Shown here in pieces: positions 29,753 to 39,023 of a stretch of 64,000 bases of DNA. The stretch lies in contig CACJNF010000005.1 in assembly GCA_902594745.1 (NCBI GenBank), forward strand, positions 608 through 64,607, read 5' to 3'. Under the pieces are notes generated by a model. It was not told the origin of the DNA and did no database searches. It saw only the letters and a list, made by a program, of their open reading frames with translations. A program made the position numbers and the translations under genes. Numbering within the stretch: position 1 is the first letter of the stretch; each line of letters begins with the position of its first letter. This stretch comes from an uncultured Bacteroidota bacterium. Its GTDB lineage: Bacteria; Bacteroidota; Bacteroidia; Flavobacteriales; Flavobacteriaceae.

Positions 29753-30175
29753 GTGCAAACAATACAGCAAATACAGAATGAAATTGTTGATGAATTTGAA
29801 TTTTTTGAGGACTGGTCTGAAAAATATCAATACTTAATTGATTTAGGAAAAAATCTTCCAAATTTTGATAACAAGTCAAGAATTGATTCAAACCTTATAA
29901 AAGGATGTCAGAGTAAAGTATGGTTAAATTCATCGTTTAATAATAACATAGTTATATTTGAAGCGGATAGTGATGCTATTATTTCAAAAGGAATTATTTC
30001 TCTTTTAATTAGAGTCTTCTCCGGTCATAAACCAGAAGATATTTTAGAAGCAAAAATTGATTTTATTGAAAAAATTGGATTAAATACTCATCTATCACAA
30101 ACTAGAGCAAATGGTTTATTAGCTATGATAAAACAAATTAAAATATATGCCTTAGCATATCAATCTAAAAAGTAG
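29753..30175 (+). CDS. sufE: Cysteine desulfuration (sulfur acceptor) protein SufE
   Basis: Active-site loop IKGCQSKVWL. Length 140 aa. The start is GTG. Confidence 0.85.
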   Translation: MQTIQQIQNEIVDEFEFFEDWSEKYQYLIDLGKNLPNFDNKSRIDSNLIKGCQSKVWLNSSFNNNIVIFEADSDAIISKGIISLLIRVFSGHKPEDILEAKIDFIEKIGLNTHLSQTRANGLLAMIKQIKIYALAYQSKK

Positions 30176-30178
30176 AGT

Positions 30179-30505
30179 ATGTCAAAAAACAATATGAATT
30201 CACAAGATTTAGGTGAAAAAATTGTAAAAGAATTAAAATCAATTTTTGATCCTGAAATACCTGTTGATATTTATGAGCTAGGATTAATTTATGATGTTTT
30301 TGTAAACGAAGATAATGAAGTTAAAATCCTAATGACTTTAACTACTCCAAACTGTCCGGTTGCAGAAACTTTACCCCAAGAAGTTGAAGAAAAGATTAAG
30401 TCTATTGATGAGGTTAAAACAGCTGAAGTTGAGATCACCTTTGATCCACCATGGACTAGAGACTTAATGAGTGAGGAAGCAAAACTAGAACTAGGATTTT
30501 TGTAA
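30179..30505 (+). CDS. DUF59/MIP18-family Fe-S assembly-associated protein (SUF-associated)
   Basis: 108 aa. DPEIPVDIYELGLIY...TLTTPNCPVAE is the typical DUF59 motif. It is the last gene of the suf block. Confidence 0.8.
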   Translation: MSKNNMNSQDLGEKIVKELKSIFDPEIPVDIYELGLIYDVFVNEDNEVKILMTLTTPNCPVAETLPQEVEEKIKSIDEVKTAEVEITFDPPWTRDLMSEEAKLELGFL

Positions 30506-30511
30506 AAATTC

Positions 30512-31390
30512 ATGAAAAAAATTTTATTCATTTTCTTTATTGTTTTAAGTGTAAACCTCTTTTCACAAGAATCAACATCCAAAGACTCACTATGGACAAC
30601 AAAAGGAAAAGCTGCATTATTATTAAACCAAACTGGATTTAGTGATTGGGTTGGTGGCGGAACAAATAATTTTTCTGGAACTATAAAATTTGATTATGAA
30701 TGGGAATACAAAAAACTTGGTTGGAATTGGTTGACTAATTTTGAGTCTGCATACGGTTTAGCAAAGTTTAAAAATGCACCATTTGCAAGAAAAATTGATG
30801 ATAGAGTACTACTCCAATCGATTATTGGAAAAGAGTTTACAAAGAATTTGTCTTTTTCTGCATTTTTTAATTTTACATCGCAAATAGGTAAAGGCTATAA
30901 ATACAAAAAAGACTCTGAGAACAATGAAATAAGAGAATTAACAACACAAGCTTTTTCCCCAGCATACTTTCAAATAGGGTCTGGTTTTTTATGGAAGAAA
31001 AGTGAAAAGCTATGGCTTAATTACTCTCCAATTGCATCACGATTGATTTTAGTTAACAAGAGATTTACTGAGAATCTAACCGATAATGAAAAATATTTTG
31101 GTGTTGATAAAAATAAATCTTCAAGGTATGAATTGGGGGCAAACTTGACATTTCATTCCGAAGGCTCAATTTTTGAGAATGTCAATTACAAACAAGATCT
31201 AAAGCTTTTTTCAAATTATTTAGAAGATGCATCAAATATTGACCTTGATTACCTTGTTCAGATTGATTTTGACATTAACCCACTGTTATCAACGCAATTA
31301 ATTTTTCAATTAATTTATGATGATAATGCAATATCTAGACTTCAGGTTAGAGAAGTATTTGGAATAGGAGCTCAACTAAAATTAAATTAG
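30512..31390 (+). CDS. DUF3078-like outer-membrane beta-barrel protein
   Basis: It has a signal peptide and the motif LNQTGFSDWVGGGTNNFSG, with alternating beta-strand character. The family assignment is from memory. Confidence 0.6.
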   Translation: MKKILFIFFIVLSVNLFSQESTSKDSLWTTKGKAALLLNQTGFSDWVGGGTNNFSGTIKFDYEWEYKKLGWNWLTNFESAYGLAKFKNAPFARKIDDRVLLQSIIGKEFTKNLSFSAFFNFTSQIGKGYKYKKDSENNEIRELTTQAFSPAYFQIGSGFLWKKSEKLWLNYSPIASRLILVNKRFTENLTDNEKYFGVDKNKSSRYELGANLTFHSEGSIFENVNYKQDLKLFSNYLEDASNIDLDYLVQIDFDINPLLSTQLIFQLIYDDNAISRLQVREVFGIGAQLKLN

Positions 31391-31391
31391 T

Positions 31392-32690
31392 TTGACATCT
31401 AAACTAAATATTTTAATTATTACTTATTATTGGCCACCATCAGGTGGATCAGGCGTCCAGAGATGGATGTATTTTTCAAAGTATTTAAAAGAAATGGGAC
31501 ATAATCCTATTGTGGTTTCAGTGGATGAAAAATATGCATCATACAATCAAAAGGATTATTCGCTACTAAAAGAAATAGATAATATTGAAACATATAAAAC
31601 AAAAAGTTTTGATCTTCTAAAACTATACTCATTTATAAAATCAGGTAATACAACAAAGAGTATACCTCAATCATATATTCCAAATAAGTCATTCTTTGAT
31701 AAGTTTACATCATTTTTAAGACTTAATTTCTTCATTCCTGATTCAAGAGTTGGCTGGAATCAATATGCATATAAAAAAGCTATTAATATAATTAGTAATA
31801 AAAAAATTGATTGTCTAATAACAACTGGCCCCCCACATTCAACTCACTTAATAGGATTAAAAATTCATAATAAATATAAACTCAAATGGATAGTTGACTT
31901 AAGAGATCCGTGGACTGAAATATTTTATTTAAAAAATAGATTTAGATTTAATTTTTCAAGACAAAAGAACAAAAAACTTGAATCAGAAGTTTTAGAAAAT
32001 TCTGATGCAATTATTACTACAGTTGAAGAGAAATACCATAAAATTTTATCTGATAAAGTGTCTAATAAAGAAAAAATTTTTAAGATTTATAATGGGTTTG
32101 ATAAATCAGTTTATGAGAAAATTAGTATTGATAAAACAGATCAATTTAATATTGTTTTTACAGGTGTCTTGTCAAAAAATCATAATTATAAAGTCTTTAG
32201 AGATGCAATTGAAGTATTAAGTCCAAAAAAAAATAAGCTTAGGATAAAGTTAATTTTAGCTGGCAAAATTGATGTGGATTTAAAAAATATTTTTTCTGAA
32301 AATATTGAAACAGATTACAAAGGATATGTAAATCATGAAGAAGCAATTAGGTTAATAAAATCATCTCATTTACTTGTTAATTTTACGTATGAAAATACTG
32401 AGGAAACAGATATGCTGTCAGGGAAACTTATAGAGTATATTGCAAGTGGAACACCAATTATTAATTTTTCAAACTCTAGTAAGGAGTCTGAAAATGTTTT
32501 AAAGCTTTCAAAAAAGTCATTTAACGCAGATTCTTCTTCTGAAAAGAAAGTTGTAAAATTTATTAATGATGAATATAATGATTGGATAGCAGGAGATTAC
32601 CAAAAGAGCGCTATAGATAACATTGACCATTTATCAAGAGAGAGTTTAACAAAGAAACTACTTGATATAATTAATAAAATTAACTCTTAG
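31392..32690 (+). CDS. Glycosyltransferase (GT-B fold, GT4-like)
   Basis: The N-terminus ILIITYYWPPSGGSGVQR is typical of flavobacterial GT-B enzymes. Length 432 aa. The start is TTG. The donor and acceptor are unknown. Confidence 0.6.
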   Translation: MTSKLNILIITYYWPPSGGSGVQRWMYFSKYLKEMGHNPIVVSVDEKYASYNQKDYSLLKEIDNIETYKTKSFDLLKLYSFIKSGNTTKSIPQSYIPNKSFFDKFTSFLRLNFFIPDSRVGWNQYAYKKAINIISNKKIDCLITTGPPHSTHLIGLKIHNKYKLKWIVDLRDPWTEIFYLKNRFRFNFSRQKNKKLESEVLENSDAIITTVEEKYHKILSDKVSNKEKIFKIYNGFDKSVYEKISIDKTDQFNIVFTGVLSKNHNYKVFRDAIEVLSPKKNKLRIKLILAGKIDVDLKNIFSENIETDYKGYVNHEEAIRLIKSSHLLVNFTYENTEETDMLSGKLIEYIASGTPIINFSNSSKESENVLKLSKKSFNADSSSEKKVVKFINDEYNDWIAGDYQKSAIDNIDHLSRESLTKKLLDIINKINS

Positions 32691-33252
32691 AATTTAAAAA
32701 ACTGATTACTTCCTTTGGTACAAGATGATCTATTTTCTGGTCCTCTTTCAATAGGTATCTAATGTGGCTACTTGAAATTCTAATTTTTGGTGCATCAACT
32801 AATTTTATGTTACTATTTTTTAATATTTGATCAGGAATTTTATGTTCAGTATCTCTAGGGTAAACATAAACTTCAGCAATTTCAATAATTTCCTCATAAT
32901 CTTTCCATTTATTAAATCCTACTAAGTTATCCTCTCCAATTAAAAGGATAAGGTTGTTGTATTCATGTCTTTTCTTAAATTCCTTTAATGTGTCAATTGT
33001 GAAATTAGGCCTAGACATTTTAAATTCAATATCAGAAACCTTTACATTTTTGAAGTTTTTAAAAACAGTTTTAGCTAGTTCAAGTCTTTCTATATCATTA
33101 ATAAAAGTATCCTCAATTTTAAATGGACTTTGAGGGCTAATTACTACAAGAACTTGATCTAATTCTGGCAGTTCTGAAAAATACTTTGCTAATGTAACAT
33201 GACCATTATGAATTGGATTGAAAGTTCCAAGATACAAACCTACATTACTCAT
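32680..33252 (-). CDS. nadD: Nicotinate-nucleotide adenylyltransferase
   Basis: GTFNPIHNGH (the (H/T)xGH nucleotidyltransferase motif) and the C-terminal ISSSHIR. Length 190 aa. Confidence 0.9.
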   Translation of the reverse strand: MSNVGLYLGTFNPIHNGHVTLAKYFSELPELDQVLVVISPQSPFKIEDTFINDIERLELAKTVFKNFKNVKVSDIEFKMSRPNFTIDTLKEFKKRHEYNNLILLIGEDNLVGFNKWKDYEEIIEIAEVYVYPRDTEHKIPDQILKNSNIKLVDAPKIRISSSHIRYLLKEDQKIDHLVPKEVISFLNSKS

Positions 33253-33817
33253 TCTCTATAAATTCATTTACAAGATTTGATGCTATTTTTTTTGATTCTT
33301 CAAGATCATTATTAATTATGATTTTATCAAATTTTGATGCATAATCTAGCTCTAATTCAGCTTTGTTAATCCTTCTATTAATTTCATCATCTAAAATATC
33401 TCCTCTTGAAATTAATCTTTTCCTCAAAGTATCAATACTTGGTGGCATAACAAAAATAGATAATGTATTATCAGGATACATTTTTTTAATATTAAAACCT
33501 CCTACAACATCAATATCAAAAAGTGCTATTTCATTATTTGCCCATATATTTTCAACTTCAGATTTAAGAGTTCCATAATGTACACCCCCATAAACTTCTT
33601 CAAATTCAATAAACTCATTGTTCTCAATTTTTTTTTTGAACTCGCTATTTGATAAAAAGTGATAATCAATCCCATCTTTTTCGCTCCCTCTAGGTGATCT
33701 GGATGTAGCGGATATTGAAAAATTTGTATTGCTAAATTGAGATAAAATATGTTTCACAAGCGTAGTTTTTCCTGCTCCTGATGGAGCTGAAAAAACAATA
33801 AGCTTATTTCTATTCAT
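33245..33817 (-). CDS. gmk: Guanylate kinase
   Basis: P-loop SAPSGAGKTTL and TSRSPRGSEKDGIDYHF. Length 190 aa. Confidence 0.95.
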   Translation of the reverse strand: MNRNKLIVFSAPSGAGKTTLVKHILSQFSNTNFSISATSRSPRGSEKDGIDYHFLSNSEFKKKIENNEFIEFEEVYGGVHYGTLKSEVENIWANNEIALFDIDVVGGFNIKKMYPDNTLSIFVMPPSIDTLRKRLISRGDILDDEINRRINKAELELDYASKFDKIIINNDLEESKKIASNLVNEFIENE

Positions 33818-33858
33818 CTATAGTACGTTAAAAGTGTAATATTTTGGAATTATAGATA

Positions 33859-34578
33859 TTAATATAATTTTCGAATTTTGATATTTCTAAACCTTACGTC
33901 ACTTCCGTGGTCTTGAAGACCAATTTTACCAGATTTAAATGCACCAAAAGCTAAAAATTCTTCGTTAGACCCGGCCTTTTTTGTGTAGTACTCTTTATAC
34001 CTAAACTTAGACTTTGATACAAGATTATCCCATTCAGGACCAGATAGAGGAAATGTAAAAGCAAATTGACCATTTAATTTTACTGTACCTATATTATTCT
34101 TATGATCGATTGTCAAAATTAAATGATTCCACTCTCCATGATTCTTTACTTCAAGGGCTTTGTTCTTTGAACTAACTAAATCATATAAAGATGGACTTTT
34201 ATGAAGTTTAGTTGAGGTTAAGAAATTTTTATTATCTAATACTTGTATTTCGGGTCCAGTCTTAAATGCTTCATCGAACTCGGGGAGCTCTTGAACACCA
34301 TAAAATATTCCACTATTCCCACCTTTTGATATGTTCCATTCAATGGATAGTTCGAAATTTGAATATTCATTATCAGTTACAATGTCCTGTTTGCTATCTC
34401 TGTTATTTGTAAAAATAAGTTCACCATTACTAATTGACCATTGACTACCAACAGACTTGCCATTATATTGGTGCCATCCATTAAAAGACTTTCCATCAAA
34501 TATATACGTCCATTCACTACTCTGAGAAAAACAAAAGCTTGAAATTAATATAACACTTGTAATGAATAATTTTTTCAT
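33859..34578 (-). CDS. DUF1080 (3-keto-disaccharide hydrolase family, PF06439-like) secreted protein
   Basis: It has a signal peptide. The beginning (...FNGW...) and end (...GKIGLQDHGSDVRFRNIKIR) are typical of DUF1080 jelly-roll proteins. Confidence 0.75.
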   Translation of the reverse strand: MKKLFITSVILISSFCFSQSSEWTYIFDGKSFNGWHQYNGKSVGSQWSISNGELIFTNNRDSKQDIVTDNEYSNFELSIEWNISKGGNSGIFYGVQELPEFDEAFKTGPEIQVLDNKNFLTSTKLHKSPSLYDLVSSKNKALEVKNHGEWNHLILTIDHKNNIGTVKLNGQFAFTFPLSGPEWDNLVSKSKFRYKEYYTKKAGSNEEFLAFGAFKSGKIGLQDHGSDVRFRNIKIRKLY

Positions 34579-34580
34579 GA

Positions 34581-35633
34581 TTATAAACCTAAAATATTTT
34601 TTAAATCTTCTTCATTAGTATCGCCTCCAGCAAAATCATCAAATTTTTTGTTGGTACAATTTATAATTAAGTCATTTATAAATTTTGAACCTTCAATGGC
34701 CCCTTGTTCAGGACTTTTGATACAACACTCCCATTCCATTACCGCCCAAACATCACACCCGTATTGTGTTAGTTTTGAGAATATGGTTTTAAAATCAATT
34801 TGCCCATCTCCCAAAGATCTGTATCTACCTGCTCTATCAGCCCAATCTAAATATCCACCAAATGCTCCTTTTTTACCTGTTGGATTAAATTCAGCATCTT
34901 TAACGTGAAATGATTTTATAAATTCATGATAATGGTCAATATATGTTATATAATCAAGTTGTTGAAGAATAAAATGGCTTGGGTCATATAGTATGTTTAC
35001 TCTCTTATGATTTTTAGTTGCTTTAAGAAATCTTTCAAAAGTAATTCCATCATGAAGATCTTCTCCAGGATGAATTTCATAACATACATCTACTCCATTC
35101 TCATCAAAAACATCTAAAATTGGGAGCCATCTTTTAGCAAGCTCTTCAAATCCCATTTCAACTAACCCTTTTGGAGCCTGGGGCCATGGATGCCAAGTAT
35201 GCCATAATAATGCACCTGAAAAAGTAGCATGTGCTTTTAAGCCAAGTCTTCGACTAGCAATTGCTGCTTTTTTCACAGTATCAATTGCCCACTCGGTTCT
35301 TTCTTTCGGATTCTTCTTTAGTCTGTCAGGAGCAAAATTATCAAACATCAGATCATACGCAGGATGAACTGCTACTAATTGACCTTGAAGATGGGTTGAT
35401 AATTCTGTAATTTCTAATCCATAAGATTTTACCTTACCAAGAAGTTCATCACAATAATCTTGACTCTCAGCTGCTTTATCTAAATCAATTAAAAAACTCT
35501 CCCATGTTGGTATTTGAATTCCTTTATATCCAAGATCAGCAGCCCATTTGCACATCCCTTCAAGAGAATTAAACGGAGCTTTTTTATCTACAAACTGAGC
35601 TAAGAAAACTGCAGGACCTTTTATTGTTTTCAT
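34581..35633 (-). CDS. Xylose-isomerase-like TIM-barrel protein (sugar phosphate isomerase/epimerase family), cytoplasmic
   Basis: 350 aa with no signal peptide. AP-endonuclease-2/xylose-isomerase-like pattern (…EIHPGED…, …DPSHF…). It is co-operonic with a Gfo/Idh/MocA gene. Confidence 0.7.
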   Translation of the reverse strand: MKTIKGPAVFLAQFVDKKAPFNSLEGMCKWAADLGYKGIQIPTWESFLIDLDKAAESQDYCDELLGKVKSYGLEITELSTHLQGQLVAVHPAYDLMFDNFAPDRLKKNPKERTEWAIDTVKKAAIASRRLGLKAHATFSGALLWHTWHPWPQAPKGLVEMGFEELAKRWLPILDVFDENGVDVCYEIHPGEDLHDGITFERFLKATKNHKRVNILYDPSHFILQQLDYITYIDHYHEFIKSFHVKDAEFNPTGKKGAFGGYLDWADRAGRYRSLGDGQIDFKTIFSKLTQYGCDVWAVMEWECCIKSPEQGAIEGSKFINDLIINCTNKKFDDFAGGDTNEEDLKNILGL

Positions 35634-35640
35634 TATAAAA

Positions 35641-36777
35641 TCAATTTAATTTAACCCAAATGTTACCTTTTTTATGAGATTCAACTGCTTTCTCAATAAA
35701 CATCATACCTCTTAAACCATCATTTAAAGAAGGGTATTCACCATCAAATTCTAGTGTCCCATTTATCTCTCTAGCAACTCCATTATAAATGTTTGCCATT
35801 GAATCAAACATTCCTTCAGGGTGACCTGGAGGTAATTTAGTTGAAATTTTAGCAAAATTAGAATTATAATCATGTCCTGGCTTTAATATTCTCAATGGAT
35901 TTGACTCACTTAGATGATATAAATAATTTGGATTTTGTTGTTCCCATTTTAAGCCTCCCTTTTTGCCATAAATTGCAACAGTAAAATTATTCTCCTCACC
36001 AGTTGCAATTTGACTAGCCCTTATAACACCTTTAATTTTATCCGAGAATCTAATTAAAATTGTGCCATCTACATCCATGATATTATCATCATAAACGTAG
36101 TTTAAATCAGATAGAAGTTCTTCCACTTCCATTCCTGTTACATATTCTAGCATATCAAATGCATGTGTTCCTATGTCTCCAATACAACAACTAATTCCTG
36201 ACTTATCAGGTTGAAGCCTCCAAGTTTCAGAACGTTTTTTGTGATCATGAATGATTGGGTTTATCCAGCCTTGATAATATTGAAGATCTACACGTTGCAC
36301 ATCACCTATTTCTCCAGCCTTAATCATTTCTTTCATTTGCCTTATCATCGGATAACCAGTATATGTGTAAGTTACGGCAAATGTTAACTTCTTTGATTTG
36401 TATATTTTTTCTAGATCTCTAGCTTCTTCATGGGTAGTTGTCATGGGTTTTTCACAAATGACATTAAAATTATTTTCTAAAAGATTTTTAGCCATTGGAT
36501 AATGAAGAAAATTAGGTGTTAGAATTGATACAACTTGAATCCTTTCATTTTCGTCAAGTTTTAACTCCTCCTCAATCATCTTTTCATAGTCTTCATATAT
36601 TCTATTTTTATTTAATCCAATTTCTTCAGCAAATTTTAAATTTTCAGAAAAATCTGGATTAAATACACCTCCAATTATTTCATAACTATCATGCATGGAT
36701 GAAGCAATTCTATGAACTATCCCAATTAGAGAATCACCACCACCACCTAAGATTCCTAGTCTAATTTTATTTTTCAA
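35641..36777 (-). CDS. Gfo/Idh/MocA-family NAD(P)-dependent oxidoreductase, cytoplasmic
   Basis: N-terminal Rossmann region IRLGILGGGG and the EKP motif (VICEKPM). Length 378 aa. Confidence 0.85.
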   Translation of the reverse strand: MKNKIRLGILGGGGDSLIGIVHRIASSMHDSYEIIGGVFNPDFSENLKFAEEIGLNKNRIYEDYEKMIEEELKLDENERIQVVSILTPNFLHYPMAKNLLENNFNVICEKPMTTTHEEARDLEKIYKSKKLTFAVTYTYTGYPMIRQMKEMIKAGEIGDVQRVDLQYYQGWINPIIHDHKKRSETWRLQPDKSGISCCIGDIGTHAFDMLEYVTGMEVEELLSDLNYVYDDNIMDVDGTILIRFSDKIKGVIRASQIATGEENNFTVAIYGKKGGLKWEQQNPNYLYHLSESNPLRILKPGHDYNSNFAKISTKLPPGHPEGMFDSMANIYNGVAREINGTLEFDGEYPSLNDGLRGMMFIEKAVESHKKGNIWVKLN

Positions 36778-37993
36778 CTTCTATTTTCTCGTTTTTAAAT
36801 GTTACAATAAATATCACTAATACCACTGCTGCAAATATTGCTGGAAATGTCCAAATTTGAGTCCAGTCATGCCCTGACTCAACAGCATATTGATCTGTAA
36901 TAATCCCAGCAAGTCTAAATCCAATTAACATTCCAATTCCATAAGTTGCAAGAGCAATTAATCCTTGAGCTGCACTTTTATATTTCTCACCTGCTTTATA
37001 GTCGGTATATATTTGACCAGAGACAAAGAAAAAATCATAGCAAATTCCATGAAGAACAATACCGAAAATTAACATCCAAATATTTGATCCAGTATCTCCA
37101 AATGCAAATAGAACATATCTTAAGCTCCATGCTAGCATTCCAATAATTAGTGTTTTTTTAATCCCGTATTTGTTAAGAAAAATAGGAAGCAATAAAATAA
37201 ACAATGCTTCAGATATTTGACCTAATGTCATAACACCTGCCGCATTAGCCATCCCAAGTTCATTTAAAAATAAATTAGCATCCTGGTAGTAAAAAGCTAG
37301 AGGTATACATATCAATATAGATGAAATGAAAAACACCAAATATCTAGTATCTCTTAGAAGCTGGAGAGCATCAAGACCTAAGATTTCTCTGAGGCTAGGA
37401 CTCTCATTTTTTGCTTTTGGAGGAGTTTTTGGTAAAGTAAAACTAAAGACACCTAATGTTGCAGATACAACTGCAGCTAAATAAAAAGTATATTCAAGTG
37501 TTTGCATAGCTTCCCACCCAACTCCATAACTAATTACAAGACCAGCAACAATCCATCCTATAGTACCCCAAACTCTAATTTTTGGAAATTCCTTAGAAGG
37601 ATCTTTCATCTGTCTAAAGGCTATAGAATTAACTAAAGCTAGGGTTGGCATATAAAGTATCATATATATTAAAATGTATGGATAGAATGCATCAAAACCT
37701 AAAGCTATTGAGCACATAAAAAGAAGTCCTCCACCAACAATGTGAATAATGGCTAGAATTTTTTCTGCATCAAAATATCTATCTGCAATTAATCCAATGA
37801 TAAATGGAGCAATAATTGCACCCCATGATTGAGTCTCATATGCTAATGAAATTTCTCCTCCAGAAGCACTAAAAGCTTGTGAAAGAAAAGTTCCCATTGT
37901 AACAAACCAACATCCCCAAATAAAAAACTCCAGGAACATCATTATACTAAGTTTAATATTAATTGTTTTACTCATATTATATTGACTGACCAA
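36767..37993 (-). CDS. MFS permease of the NupG/XapB (nucleoside:H+ symporter, PF03825-like) family
   Basis: Close resemblance to E. coli NupG blocks: LSIMMFLEFFIWGCWFVTMG, YMPTLALVNSIAF and FPKIRVWGTIGWIVAG. 12 TM helices. Confidence 0.75.
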   Translation of the reverse strand: MVSQYNMSKTINIKLSIMMFLEFFIWGCWFVTMGTFLSQAFSASGGEISLAYETQSWGAIIAPFIIGLIADRYFDAEKILAIIHIVGGGLLFMCSIALGFDAFYPYILIYMILYMPTLALVNSIAFRQMKDPSKEFPKIRVWGTIGWIVAGLVISYGVGWEAMQTLEYTFYLAAVVSATLGVFSFTLPKTPPKAKNESPSLREILGLDALQLLRDTRYLVFFISSILICIPLAFYYQDANLFLNELGMANAAGVMTLGQISEALFILLLPIFLNKYGIKKTLIIGMLAWSLRYVLFAFGDTGSNIWMLIFGIVLHGICYDFFFVSGQIYTDYKAGEKYKSAAQGLIALATYGIGMLIGFRLAGIITDQYAVESGHDWTQIWTFPAIFAAVVLVIFIVTFKNEKIEVEK

Positions 37994-38927
37994 TTTTAAT
38001 TAATAAATCTCTAGTGGCTTTAATTCCATCCTCTTCAGATAACCTCTCACCTTCATATTCAACACCAACATAACCAGTATATCCAAAACTTTTTACAATT
38101 TTCATCATCCTCATGTAATCAATAGTTTTTTCATCTCCATTATCATCAAAATCATTTGACTTTGCACTTACTGCAAATGCCTTTGGCATCATTTCTTCTA
38201 CTCCTTGATAAAAATCATACATTTTTTCACATGAACCATCGAAAACTGAACCGTACCCTTCATCAGCCATACAGAAATTACCAAAATCAGGCAAGGTACC
38301 AACATTATCCATGTTTGTTCCATAGATAACATTCATTAGCTCTGGAATATTTGAAGTGATTCTACCATGATTTTCAACAATTACATTTATCCCAGTTCCT
38401 TTCGCATATTCTCCTAGCCTTGACAAACTATCAATTGATAAGTTTTTCCATGTTTCAACATCTTTAGAACCATATAGATTTAATCTCATTGATGAGCAAT
38501 TCATTGCAGCAGCAGTATCAATCCATAACTTGTGATTATCTATCGCTTTTAGCCTCATGTTCTCATTCTCATCTGCTAAATTACCTTCATCATCAATCAT
38601 AATAAGTACATTTTCAACTCCGTTATCAGCTGCTAGTTGATTGTTCTTTAAAATAAATTCTTTAATTGCTGAAGATTTATCCTCACTTTTCATAACATCA
38701 TCATATAATTGATTAACGTATTCAAGACCAGTAAAACCTAACTCACTAGATTTTTCAGCAAATAAATATGGATCCATTTCTCCACCTCTAATAGCCTTGT
38801 TTAATGACCACTGAGCAAGAGATAGTTTAAAAAATAATTCTTTTTGATTCTCACAAGATATATATCCTAAAGATGATATGCCAAGCGCACCTGTTGAAGC
38901 TAATTTGATGAATTCTTTTCTTTTCAT
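37977..38927 (-). CDS. Xylose-isomerase-like TIM-barrel protein with N-terminal export signal and lipobox (periplasm-facing)
   Basis: MKRKEFIKLASTGALGISSLGYISC is a Tat-like signal in which RK replaces RR, followed by a Cys. The rest is TIM-barrel family with IVENHG and similar motifs. Confidence 0.7.
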   Translation of the reverse strand: MKRKEFIKLASTGALGISSLGYISCENQKELFFKLSLAQWSLNKAIRGGEMDPYLFAEKSSELGFTGLEYVNQLYDDVMKSEDKSSAIKEFILKNNQLAADNGVENVLIMIDDEGNLADENENMRLKAIDNHKLWIDTAAAMNCSSMRLNLYGSKDVETWKNLSIDSLSRLGEYAKGTGINVIVENHGRITSNIPELMNVIYGTNMDNVGTLPDFGNFCMADEGYGSVFDGSCEKMYDFYQGVEEMMPKAFAVSAKSNDFDDNGDEKTIDYMRMMKIVKSFGYTGYVGVEYEGERLSEEDGIKATRDLLIKIGQSI

Positions 38928-39023
38928 TATATATTGGTTTTTTATATTAGTATAAATATAAATTTAAATAATTAATTACGATTTCAAATATTTATTCTTT
39001 AAATTGAATAAAACTCAAAAAAA

